Below, one piece after another: positions 46,617 through 56,200 of a stretch of 64,000 nt of DNA (the first letter of the stretch is position 1; every line of letters starts with the position of its first letter). The stretch spans positions 152,496 to 216,495 of the forward strand of contig JBAZQY010000002.1 in assembly GCA_041663185.1 (NCBI GenBank). Direction: 5' to 3'. The notes beneath the pieces are model-generated. The model was not told where the DNA came from, did no database searches, and saw only the letters and a program-made list of their open reading frames with translations. The DNA is from Minisyncoccota bacterium. GTDB lineage: Bacteria; Patescibacteriota; Minisyncoccia; Phycocordibacterales; UBA9973. The translations under genes and the position numbers were made by a program.

Positions 46617-47498
46617 TTAATTATTGACCGGAGTACTACTTGTAGTTTCGACCTCAGTTTCGACTTCTACCTCAACTTCATTTTCATCGTCATCTATCTT
46701 AGGGATTTTAGCAAGAGCTGTAGCGGTAGCTCGAACGGCAACGTGAGCTAGTTTAACTTTTTCTTTAACAATTTTAATATCAGCGGTAAATAGGTCACGA
46801 AGCTTTTTCATTTCAGCTCGAAGAGTGACTTCATCTGTGATATTTACTTCATAAACCTTACTACTTTGAGCTTCGATAGCATCTCGAGCGGAAGATATAG
46901 CGGTCTTTGCTTTTTCAACTTCTGTTTTGACAGAAGATACATCCAATCCTCGACTTTCTGCTTTAGCAATTCGTGATTCAATACCCACAAGAACATTTTC
47001 AATCTGATCTACTTTGTCAGAAAGATGATTGGTTAATTTTGTATTTAATGCTTGGATTGTCTCGAAAATTTTTTCGGCAGAAATCTTTTTATTTTCATCT
47101 TTTATTTTACCAAGATCTTCTTTGAAATTTACTCGCATTTCAGTAATTTTTGTTTTTATTTCTTCTCTCTTGGTTTCTAACTCAGTTTTGAATTCTTCAC
47201 GCATTACTTTGATTTGTTCAATTTTTGCTTCAAATTCAGCCTTGTGTTCTTCCTTAATTGTTTTTAATTCATTTTTTTTCTCTTCTATTTCTTTTTTAAA
47301 TTCCTCACGTTTTATTTTATCTTCTTCATCTAACCCTTCACGTTCTTCTTCTCTTTCTCTATCTCTTAACATAAACCCATCACGATTCTCTTTTGAATCT
47401 TCTTCGACGTCATTCTCGTTGGCATAAGCGACGTACCCCAACATTAATGATAAGACGATGATAAGGAGCGATGCCCCATATTTTATATTTTTTTTCAT
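46617..47498 (-). CDS. exported coiled-coil protein
   Basis: Signal peptide, E/K-rich helical body. Confidence 0.7.
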   Translation of the reverse strand: MKKNIKYGASLLIIVLSLMLGYVAYANENDVEEDSKENRDGFMLRDREREEEREGLDEEDKIKREEFKKEIEEKKNELKTIKEEHKAEFEAKIEQIKVMREEFKTELETKREEIKTKITEMRVNFKEDLGKIKDENKKISAEKIFETIQALNTKLTNHLSDKVDQIENVLVGIESRIAKAESRGLDVSSVKTEVEKAKTAISSARDAIEAQSSKVYEVNITDEVTLRAEMKKLRDLFTADIKIVKEKVKLAHVAVRATATALAKIPKIDDDENEVEVEVETEVETTSSTPVNN

Positions 47499-47657
47499 TC
47501 TTCATAAAGCAAGAAATGTTTACATTTCTCAAGCTTTGATTAATTTAATAAACTCGACTTAACTAATAAAACTCTCACACTCTAATTGTAATCTTATTGA
47601 ACCTCGAGTGCAACCAACAAAAACCCCTTACAAATACTATATAGATAGGGATTTTTT

Positions 47658-48629
47658 TTAATTTGAAACGCTGTTGATAACTTTTCCAGTTTCAAACACC
47701 GAGATTATATTTCGCACTGCAATCAAGGCCATCATATCTCGAGCTGATTGTCTGGCTGAGGCGATATGTGGGGTAATAATTACATCGGGTAATTTGGTGA
47801 GCCCTTTTGTCAGTTTTGGTTCAAATTCAAAAACATCAAGAGCTGCTCCTCGGATAGTATCATTCTTTAGTGCTTCGACTAATGCTTTCTCGTCGACAAC
47901 AGGGCCACGTGAAGTATTAATCAAAAAAGCAGTTTTTTTCATTGTTGCTAGCGATTCTTTATTTATCAGATGATAAGTCGATGGTAAAAGCGGAACATGG
48001 AGTGAAATAATGTCGGCCTCTTCCAAAATTTCTTGAGTTGTTTTACGTGTTGGTCCGGTGACTTTTTCTAATTGAACGTTAGGAGCGATATCACTATAGA
48101 TGACATTTGAACCGAACCCATAATGCAACATTTTTGCCACTTCAGTGCCTATCTGACCAGCACCAATCAGCCCGATTGTTTTACCTTTTAAATCAGTTCC
48201 AATAAATAAATTTGGGTCCCAACCCTTATATTTACCGCGACGCATGAATTCATCTCCTTCAACGAGACGAGTTGTTAAAGCAAGCATAAGAGCCACAGTG
48301 TGCTCTGCTACGGCAGTAGATGAAGTTCCAGGTGTATTGGAAATTCCAATATTTCTTTTTGTCGCTTCATTTATATCAATATTATTAAAACCAACAGAAA
48401 AATTTGCAAAAACTTTGGCCGTTGGGCAAGCATCAAAAACTTCTTTGTCAATTTGATCAGTCAAAAAGGAAATTACTCCATCATAAGGTTTCTTTTTCAG
48501 GGCTTTGATAATTTCTTTTTTAGTTGGTGGAGTTTTTGAATCTCCCATATCAAAAGAAATATTTTTTTCTCTTAATAATTTTAATCCAGCCTCAGGAATT
48601 TTTCTTGTAATATAAATTATTTTTGTCAT
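47658..48629 (-). CDS. D-isomer 2-hydroxyacid dehydrogenase (glyoxylate reductase-like)
   Basis: VGFNNID, GAGQIG, LHVPL, INTSRG, LDVFEFEP, TPHIAS. Confidence 0.9.
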   Translation of the reverse strand: MTKIIYITRKIPEAGLKLLREKNISFDMGDSKTPPTKKEIIKALKKKPYDGVISFLTDQIDKEVFDACPTAKVFANFSVGFNNIDINEATKRNIGISNTPGTSSTAVAEHTVALMLALTTRLVEGDEFMRRGKYKGWDPNLFIGTDLKGKTIGLIGAGQIGTEVAKMLHYGFGSNVIYSDIAPNVQLEKVTGPTRKTTQEILEEADIISLHVPLLPSTYHLINKESLATMKKTAFLINTSRGPVVDEKALVEALKNDTIRGAALDVFEFEPKLTKGLTKLPDVIITPHIASARQSARDMMALIAVRNIISVFETGKVINSVSN

Positions 48630-48639
48630 TGTATTTTAG

Positions 48640-48724
48640 GCGGAACAAATTATTTTATAAAAAAATGTCTGGCCCCTCGTCCTCCCTCCTCCGAGGACTT
48701 TTTTTAGAATATAATTTGTGTAGC
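48640..48724. repeat. 85-bp intergenic hairpin repeat, copy 1
   Basis: Matches 59918-60002 with 3 mismatches. Confidence 0.9.
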
Positions 48725-48732
48725 CAATATTA

Positions 48733-49533
48733 TTAACCAATTTTAATTTTGTTATGATATTTTTCGGCGACCAGAGCGATTTTCTCCATGACAGCAATTG
48801 CTTCGACTGGAAAGTTCCCCTTGGCCGATTCTTCCGAAAGCATGACGCCATCAGCTCCATCCAAAATTGCATAAGCGACATCTGAAACTTCGGCTCGAGT
48901 CGGATTCAAACTGTCAACCATCGAGAGAAGCATTTGAGTAGCGACGATAACCATTTTGCCGGCTTTTTTGCATTCTTGTATTATATGGTGTTGAATAAAA
49001 GGAATTTCTTCAAGTGGAAATTCATTTCCTAGGTCACCACGGGCTATCATAATAGCGTCTGATTCTTTTATTATTTCATGGAGATTTTCATAGGCGAGTT
49101 TGCGTTCAATCTTTGCAATGACTTTTTGATTTCCACCTTTTTCATTAATTAATTTTTTTAATTCAATAACATCATGAGCAGTACCGACAAAAGATAAGGC
49201 GACATATTCTACATTATGTTTTATTCCAAACGATAAATCAGCGATATCTTTTGAAGTTATGACTTCCTCATTTTCTTTCCCTCCAAAATGATGGCTACTC
49301 CCCTCTTGGACTCTTGGACCAGACAAATCTTGAATAATTGGAATTGATAAATTATATTTTTGAGACACTTCACGAATATTTTTTATAACATCTTCGTACC
49401 ATTCATACGTTCCCCATGAGAAATTTAAACGGGCCATATCCATTCTATGTCCTATCATATTGGATATAATTTCTTTACTTTCGCTTGATGGACCCAAGGT
49501 TGCAATAATTTTTGTTTTAGATGATTCTCCCAT
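48733..49533 (-). CDS. pyk: pyruvate kinase, short form
   Basis: TKIIATLGP, ARLNFS, IAKIE, MIARGDLG, ATQML.SM, PTRAE, DGVMLSEESA. Confidence 0.88.
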   Translation of the reverse strand: MGESSKTKIIATLGPSSESKEIISNMIGHRMDMARLNFSWGTYEWYEDVIKNIREVSQKYNLSIPIIQDLSGPRVQEGSSHHFGGKENEEVITSKDIADLSFGIKHNVEYVALSFVGTAHDVIELKKLINEKGGNQKVIAKIERKLAYENLHEIIKESDAIMIARGDLGNEFPLEEIPFIQHHIIQECKKAGKMVIVATQMLLSMVDSLNPTRAEVSDVAYAILDGADGVMLSEESAKGNFPVEAIAVMEKIALVAEKYHNKIKIG

Positions 49534-49547
49534 ATATTTTTAATTTA

Positions 49548-50780
49548 TTAATTTGAACGACTAGTTATTTTAATAATTCGCTCATATTTGACGTTTCTTT
49601 CTTTGGGCCCCAAGGCGCCCGCTTTAATACCAAAACATCCAAAGGCACAAGATAGATCACCAATAAAGTCATCCATTGTCTCTCCACTTCGGTGGCTGAC
49701 AATACAGTCAATATTATTTTCTCGCGCAAGCTTCATTGTTGCGAGAGTCTCCGAAAGTGTACCGATCTGATTGGGTTTGATAATTATTCCCTTGATACTT
49801 TTTTCGTCGATGGCTTTTTGAAGTCGCTTGGTGTTTGTAACAGTCAAATCATCTCCGATGAGCTTAATATCACCAATTCTTTCTTGTAATATTGTAAATC
49901 CGATATAATCTTCTTCATCAAGAGGGTCTTCGGTGGAAATCATGGGAAAGCCATCACAGATTTGCTCGTAAAGATTAATCATTTCGTCATTGGCCCAGTC
50001 CTTTCCCATAAATTTATATACGCCCTTATCATGATCGTAGAAAGAGCTGGCGGCGACATCAAGTGCAAATTTAATTTTATCTTGATATCCCAATTCTATG
50101 ACAGCCTTTTCCAAAAGTGTTAGCGGTACAATAACATTTTCTACATCAAGAGCTACTCCGCCTTCATCGCCCTTTACGGGCGGTTTCCCAAATTCTTTTA
50201 AAATAATTTCGTCTAGTTTCTCTTCTATTTCCCGGCTGATTTTTACACTTTCTTCTGCTGTCTCAACTTGAGGAACGATATGATATTCTTGAAAAGCTAA
50301 TTTTGTTTTAGCGTGTTTACCTCCATTGATCAGATTAAAATATAAAAATGGAACTTTTCTAGATGGAGTTATTTCTGCCAATGTTTTTAAATATTCATAA
50401 ACCTCCATATTCATAACCTTGGCGGCAGTTTTTGCGCAAGCGATACTTACGCCGATCATACTATTTCCCCCCAGGTTAGTTTTTTGAGGAGTGCCGTCAA
50501 GTTGTATCATTATGTTATCAATTTCTTTTTGCTTATCTACCTCTTTTCCAATAAGTGCTGGCTTTATGATAGTTTCAATTTTTTCAATTGCATTTGAAAC
50601 TCCACTTTTACCACCCTCGTCATCACGAAGTTCACAGGCTTCATATTTACCAGTACTTGCGCCAGATGGAACTTCGAAAACCCCCACGACATCGCCTACA
50701 TAGACAGAAACCCTAAGCGTCGGATTTTGACGCGAATCAAGAATCTGCTCGGCTGTTATATTTGTTATTTTTTTATCCAT
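49548..50780 (-). CDS. eno: enolase
   Basis: ILDSR.NPT, VPSGASTG, GDEGG, GDDLTVTN, KPNQIG, SHRSGET. Confidence 0.96.
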   Translation of the reverse strand: MDKKITNITAEQILDSRQNPTLRVSVYVGDVVGVFEVPSGASTGKYEACELRDDEGGKSGVSNAIEKIETIIKPALIGKEVDKQKEIDNIMIQLDGTPQKTNLGGNSMIGVSIACAKTAAKVMNMEVYEYLKTLAEITPSRKVPFLYFNLINGGKHAKTKLAFQEYHIVPQVETAEESVKISREIEEKLDEIILKEFGKPPVKGDEGGVALDVENVIVPLTLLEKAVIELGYQDKIKFALDVAASSFYDHDKGVYKFMGKDWANDEMINLYEQICDGFPMISTEDPLDEEDYIGFTILQERIGDIKLIGDDLTVTNTKRLQKAIDEKSIKGIIIKPNQIGTLSETLATMKLARENNIDCIVSHRSGETMDDFIGDLSCAFGCFGIKAGALGPKERNVKYERIIKITSRSN

Positions 50781-50918
50781 GTTCCTATATTATATCCTTA
50801 AAATAACATTTTTCCAACAACTTTAATGTATTGAAATATTAAATTTGACAAAATTGGCTATAAATGATATAGTTAAAATGAGTTTTAAAATTCTTTTTAC
50901 TAACCAAAATACAAAAAA

Positions 50919-51476
50919 ATGAAAAAGGTTTTATTTATTTTTGTTTTCGCTATTGTTGCGATAATAAATTCGAATTTTGTTAATGCCCAGGTTGCTATCA
51001 ATACAACTGGTGCTTCTCCGGATTCATCAGCAGTGCTCGATATTTCTGGTACAACTGGAGGAATATTAATTCCACGAATGATAACTTCACAAAGGAACCA
51101 GATTTTCTCTCCCGCAAGTGGTTTGCTGATTTACAACACTGATGTTCAAACGTTTGAATACTGGAATGGCACAGTATGGTGCAAACTTGCCGTTGATACG
51201 GATAACGAATTTGTCTTGCCGGTAATTATCGATATTCCCGAATTAGACAACGGCGAATATTGGCAGACATCCATTTATGTATCAGGGCTAACCCCAACAT
51301 CAACTGTGGAGATTACCGCAACCTGTAATCTCAATGACAGCAATGGAAATGTAATGATTTCCTTGTGGATTGATGTAGTAAACAGTACCGTTTGGTTAAG
51401 ATTCACAAACCAATCGCATCACAAAAACGACGAAGTTTGTGGTGCAACTTTCAACCTGAGAGTTGAAAATCCATAA
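50919..51476 (+). CDS. exported hypothetical protein
   Basis: Signal peptide, then QVAINT..PDSSAVLDI..T.GGILIPRM...GLLIYNTD. Confidence 0.65.
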   Translation: MKKVLFIFVFAIVAIINSNFVNAQVAINTTGASPDSSAVLDISGTTGGILIPRMITSQRNQIFSPASGLLIYNTDVQTFEYWNGTVWCKLAVDTDNEFVLPVIIDIPELDNGEYWQTSIYVSGLTPTSTVEITATCNLNDSNGNVMISLWIDVVNSTVWLRFTNQSHHKNDEVCGATFNLRVENP

Positions 51477-51542
51477 TCACGAAAATATCCCCCCAACAAA
51501 AAAGGCTATCATTGCGATAGCCTTTTTCTTTAGCCCAATTTA

Positions 51543-51602
51543 TTACTTCTTTGCCTTTTTTGGTTTCTTTGCTTCCTTTTTATGAGTCATTCCTTTTGCC
51601 AT
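51543..51602 (-). CDS. 19-aa Lys-rich peptide (not in ORF track)
   Basis: Hand translation MAKGMTHKKEAKKPKKAKK; terminator-like hairpin downstream at about 51499-51528. Confidence 0.45.
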   Translation of the reverse strand: MAKGMTHKKEAKKPKKAKK

Positions 51603-51682
51603 ATATAATAAAATATTTATTATTAATAATATTTATATTATAAACTATTTTAAAAAATATTAAAATGAATTATAATGTGGAT

Positions 51683-51841
51683 ATGGACGAAGAAGAAAAA
51701 CAATTAAATAAAAAAGAGCCAGTTTGCCCACGTTGCGGGCTCCGTTCTTATGATGATGTATGTCAAAATTGCGGAACTCCAATTATTGATAAGAAAGATG
51801 ATGAGGAAGAAGATTACGATTGGCGAGAAAAATATAGATAA
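51683..51841 (+). CDS. 52-aa zinc-ribbon microprotein (not in ORF track)
   Basis: Hand translation MDEEEKQLNKKEPVCPRCGLRSYDDVCQNCGTPIIDKKDDEEEDYDWREKYR; TATAAT 6 nt upstream; hairpin downstream. Confidence 0.7.
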   Translation: MDEEEKQLNKKEPVCPRCGLRSYDDVCQNCGTPIIDKKDDEEEDYDWREKYR

Positions 51842-51876
51842 CAAAAAATCTAGGCCAAGCCTAGATTTTTTGTTTA

Positions 51877-52629
51877 TTATTTTTTTACTTCAAACTTTGT
51901 AATAGTTATATTTTGTGGACTTTTTTGATATGTGTAAACAAAGTTGGCTTTACTTTGAATGTGTCCATCTTCGTAGGTAACTTCTCCAGTATCAGTTGCA
52001 GGAATTACATTTACAATTGTGACATACCAAGTGCCCCCGAGGACTGCTTTATCAGTCGCAATAGTTGCGATATTGTCTCGAATATATTTTTCAACAAATA
52101 ATTTTTCATCCAATGATTCACAATCCATTTGACTCATCTGGTCGATATAATAAATATTTGCTTTGTCTTTATAAATATAAACCCCATCCCCCCTGTCTAT
52201 CATTTCACCGAATCCAACTGTCGCGCTACCATCTCCAAATTCTATTACTAATTCTTCTTTTACATTCATTCCTTCAGCAAGTGAATCCCACCAAACAAGG
52301 GCACGTCTCCCCATAATGCTTTGGTCAAGTGGTCCGACAGTTCCTTCAAATGTTCCTACCTTGGAATCTGATTCGGCTGGTAAATGTTGGAATTCTCCAG
52401 TAATTTTTTCATCTAAAATATTTAATTTAATCCAAGCAACATCAGAAAATCCACTATCTGTAGGAGTTCTACGGTAGTAGCACATTTCTATTGGAGTTTT
52501 CCCCCCAATTATATCCTTATCCTGATTAATCTTAGATTCTTTATTTCCCCCCAAACCAATAATTACAAGAACAATAGCAATAATAATGATAATTATCGTG
52601 ATTATTTTCATTCTATTTTGTGTTTTCAT
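51877..52629 (-). CDS. membrane-anchored hypothetical protein
   Basis: N-terminal TM; C-terminal VLGGTWYV...YEDGH. Confidence 0.65.
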   Translation of the reverse strand: MKTQNRMKIITIIIIIIAIVLVIIGLGGNKESKINQDKDIIGGKTPIEMCYYRRTPTDSGFSDVAWIKLNILDEKITGEFQHLPAESDSKVGTFEGTVGPLDQSIMGRRALVWWDSLAEGMNVKEELVIEFGDGSATVGFGEMIDRGDGVYIYKDKANIYYIDQMSQMDCESLDEKLFVEKYIRDNIATIATDKAVLGGTWYVTIVNVIPATDTGEVTYEDGHIQSKANFVYTYQKSPQNITITKFEVKK

Positions 52630-52644
52630 AATCTTATTGTATTC

Positions 52645-53181
52645 CTATTTAAAGAAAATAGATACCAAATCCCAGGGTAGGTTAACACTAAAGATGACAA
52701 TATATAACACAATAAAAATTATTGGAATATTTCTTTCAATAGATGAAATCTTTCGATATTTTGTATTATCTAATCCCCTACCTAATAATTCCCATTCGGT
52801 TTTGAATAATGAAATTGGTAACTTATCTTCTATGTTATGGATAACATTAAATTTTGCTCGATGAAGTTTTTTATAAGAAATAATAATTTGATACCAGCAG
52901 AAACAAATCGCAATTCCAACAAATGGAGCAAATAGAAAAATTGCAGAACTACTACCGGTAATATCTTTTGTTTCTAAATAACCAAGAACTCCAATGATGG
53001 CGGTATTTAGCCCAAGATAAAATTCATTTGCTCGATTCCTTCGGTCACTTGTACTATTGAAGATATGCAAATACATACGGTATTGTTCCAAATAATGATT
53101 CTCATAATTATTATCTTCTTTACCATCGTTATAATTATTAGTTCTTGAATACAATAAACTGTCTAATTTGTCTTTTTCCAT
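52645..53181 (-). CDS. RipA-like small membrane protein (putative pore-forming defence effector)
   Basis: LEQYRMY...SDRR..AN.FY..LNT, TM pair, W...I.SY..L..AKF.VI..IE..LP...F..EW. Confidence 0.6.
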   Translation of the reverse strand: MEKDKLDSLLYSRTNNYNDGKEDNNYENHYLEQYRMYLHIFNSTSDRRNRANEFYLGLNTAIIGVLGYLETKDITGSSSAIFLFAPFVGIAICFCWYQIIISYKKLHRAKFNVIHNIEDKLPISLFKTEWELLGRGLDNTKYRKISSIERNIPIIFIVLYIVIFSVNLPWDLVSIFFK

Positions 53182-53216
53182 ATGTAATAATTATAACAAA
53201 TATTTAGAAAAGTGTC

Positions 53217-53257
53217 AGTCACAAAAAATCTCCTAAAATAGGAGATTTTTTGTGACT
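53217..53257. terminator. intrinsic terminator
   Basis: AGTCACAAAAAATCTCCTA-aaa-TAGGAGATTTTTTGTGACT. Confidence 0.65.
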
Positions 53258-53266
53258 TCTAATAAT

Positions 53267-56200
53267 TTATCGATTCAAAACTTCACGAGTTAATGGCCCA
53301 ACAATTCCATCATCATCTAATCCATTTGCCAGCTGGAATTTCATAACCGCAGCTTTTGTTTTTGGTCCAAAGATTCCATCGGCAAGACCGCAATTATAAC
53401 CAGCAGTATTTAGGAATTTCTGAAGTTCTATGACTTCATTACCCTTTGAGCCAAGCTTCAAGGGTAAAGTGAAAATGAATTTTTCAGCACCGAGAACTTG
53501 TCCAAGAATTGGAGTAATAGTAGGAATTGGTCTTATGTAACTTCCAGATGATCCTCCACCACTGCTTGATGTCGATTGACATGCATCGTTTGTAATTATT
53601 CTAGTAGAATTTCCTCCATCAATTGCACTACAAGGAATTCCCCCGTTGGTTGGTTCTGTACAAATACGAGTTTGGGTATATATTAATCCACATTGTTCGT
53701 TTACGGGGCTCCACGCACTCCAAACTCCATCTATTGGTAATGGAGTATCGTCGACTACCTCACAATTAGTTCCATTTGTATTTGCACTACCAGGAGTTAT
53801 ACAAACATAGGCAAAATCAGCCGAGTTATTATTTGTATCTTGTCCATCTGGATATCTTGAAATACTATGCGGAGTTGAATCAGTAGGAGCTAAATCAGCT
53901 TGAGCGCCTGTGCCTTCAGTATAACCTGCCACACTTCCTTCATAACTTACTGTATCAATTATAGTATTAGTTGAATCAAATATAGCAACCGCATCTGCTC
54001 CAGCTCCTCCATTTTGGATTAAATCAGTATTAGGTGATATATCAAGATCACAATTTATAACTGTAGCTGTATTAGAACAAATTATATAATAATCACCAGA
54101 ATTTAAATTAACACTAGGTAAATTTATAGTTTGATAAAGCACAATCCCAGTCCCATTAATCAAACGCACTTCATAATTATCAAGATTAATTACTCCCTCT
54201 CCGATATTTTTTAATTCGACAAATTCAGCTATATCAGCACTTGGTTGATCATAATCAATTTCATTTATTACTAATTCAGTTGAAGTTGGAGGAACAATTT
54301 CTGTTTCTGTCACATTCACAGTTCGTGTGATTGGCGAAGCGACATTTCCTGCACTATCTGTGGCTGTGTAAGTAATTGTGTAAGAGCCAGCTGTATTTGT
54401 ATCCACAACACCAGAAGCATTAACGACGATTGAGCTATCAACAATATCAGAAGCAGTTGCACCAGGATCAATGAAAGTATCCCCAACTATTAATTCCATT
54501 GGATTTACTCCAAGAAGTGTAATGACTGGAGCAGTTGTATCAACAACTATTACTGATCTTTCTGCTTGATTAGCCGATGTGCCCCAAGAATCCGTTACAT
54601 TGTAGAATATTTTATGAAGTCCAAGCACAAGTGTGTCTATTGGTAATCCAGTCGTAACAATAAGACTTGAGATATCAGCACCGATTTTATCTTCCGCTGT
54701 TGCTCCCTCATCCATATATATAGAACCAGCCTCAAGATCTAATACATTATAACCAGTTCTGTAAATTATCGGCTTATCTTTGTCAACAGCATTAACTTCG
54801 ATTGTTTTTTCTGAAGAATTTTCTTGATTATCAGTTGCTTTATATGTGACGTGATAAGTGCCAAGAGCACCAGTATCTACATTATTATCTGTTACCTCAC
54901 AAGGAAGTGGTGATCCATCAACTAAGTCGGAAGCAGCACAAGTTGGTTCAGAAAATTCTTCATTTATCCAAGTATCAATTGAATCTGAACTTGCAATATT
55001 TATAATTGGACCAGTCGTATCCTCGATTGTTACAAGAGAAGTTACTTCTTCTGAAATATTTCCAGAATGATCAGTCGCTTTCCAGTTCACAATAGTTTCC
55101 CCAAGAGGAAAAGTTGTCGGAGTATAAGAAATTATTGGATTTTCGTCAGCAATATCTGTGGCAACTGCTTGAATAAGAGTCGGATTTGTTAATGGTCCAG
55201 TTGCTTCAAAAATTTGATCAACTGGAGCCGTAATGGTTGGAAGAGTGGTATCAGTAATTATTACCGCAAAACTATTTGTGGCAGTATTTCCAGCTGTATC
55301 TGTTGCACTACATTCAACATCATTAGATCCCACCGGAAAAGTTGAACCAGATTCCGGAGTACAATTTACTGTTGGAGTAGCTGGATTTGTGTCTGTCGCA
55401 GTTGCTGTAAAGATTGCAACAGCACCATTGTGGCTAGTAGCCTCTTCGGTAATTGTAGTTGGCAAAGTTAATACTGGAGCAGTATTATCAACATCTATAG
55501 AAACAGATGCAGATAATGCATGATTTCCTGCTTCATCATATGCGTCAACCCAAATATTATGAACTCCATCCGTCAAAGAAGTTGTGTCAAAAGAAATTGA
55601 ATATGGAGAATTTGTATCTTCGCCAATTTTTACTCCAACAACACTTGAATGCCAAAATTCTACTTTTGAAATATCGGCGGTTGTATCACTAGCGTTAGCC
55701 TCAATTGTGATTGTTCCATTGACTAAACTACCAGAAGAAGGAGAAGTGACAGAAGAAGTTGGGGCAGTTTGATCTATACCACCAATAGCATTAGACATTT
55801 TATATGTAGTATTTGAAGCAGAATCAATTGCTCGATAACAAACTTTTTTACCATTATCTGATTCAGATGTGAATGTTTGACTTGTATAAGAAATAAAAGT
55901 TAAAGATGAATCACAGACAGAACCAGTTGTGTTACTCATTTTTAGAGTTCCCTCATTAGCACTTGCGGTGATAGTTTTACTTTGAGCAGGAGTGGTCCCA
56001 GGTTCATTAATAGTAATTTCTGGAGCAGTAGTGTCTGGAGTGTAATAAACGGTAACAGAAATATTATCAACTGAAGCAATTCTTGTTCCACCGGCAGTCC
56101 GAGTGATAGATAAACCAACACCAAAATTTGATGAGTTAATATCACTAGCTGTCCATGTTGTCCCCCATTTCTCAGTTTCACTTCCATAAGTCACGATAGT

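Noticed and set aside
48636-48881. 81-aa ORF spanning the pyk end and the 85-bp repeat
   Set aside because: An out-of-frame overlap with pyk running through a non-coding repeat.
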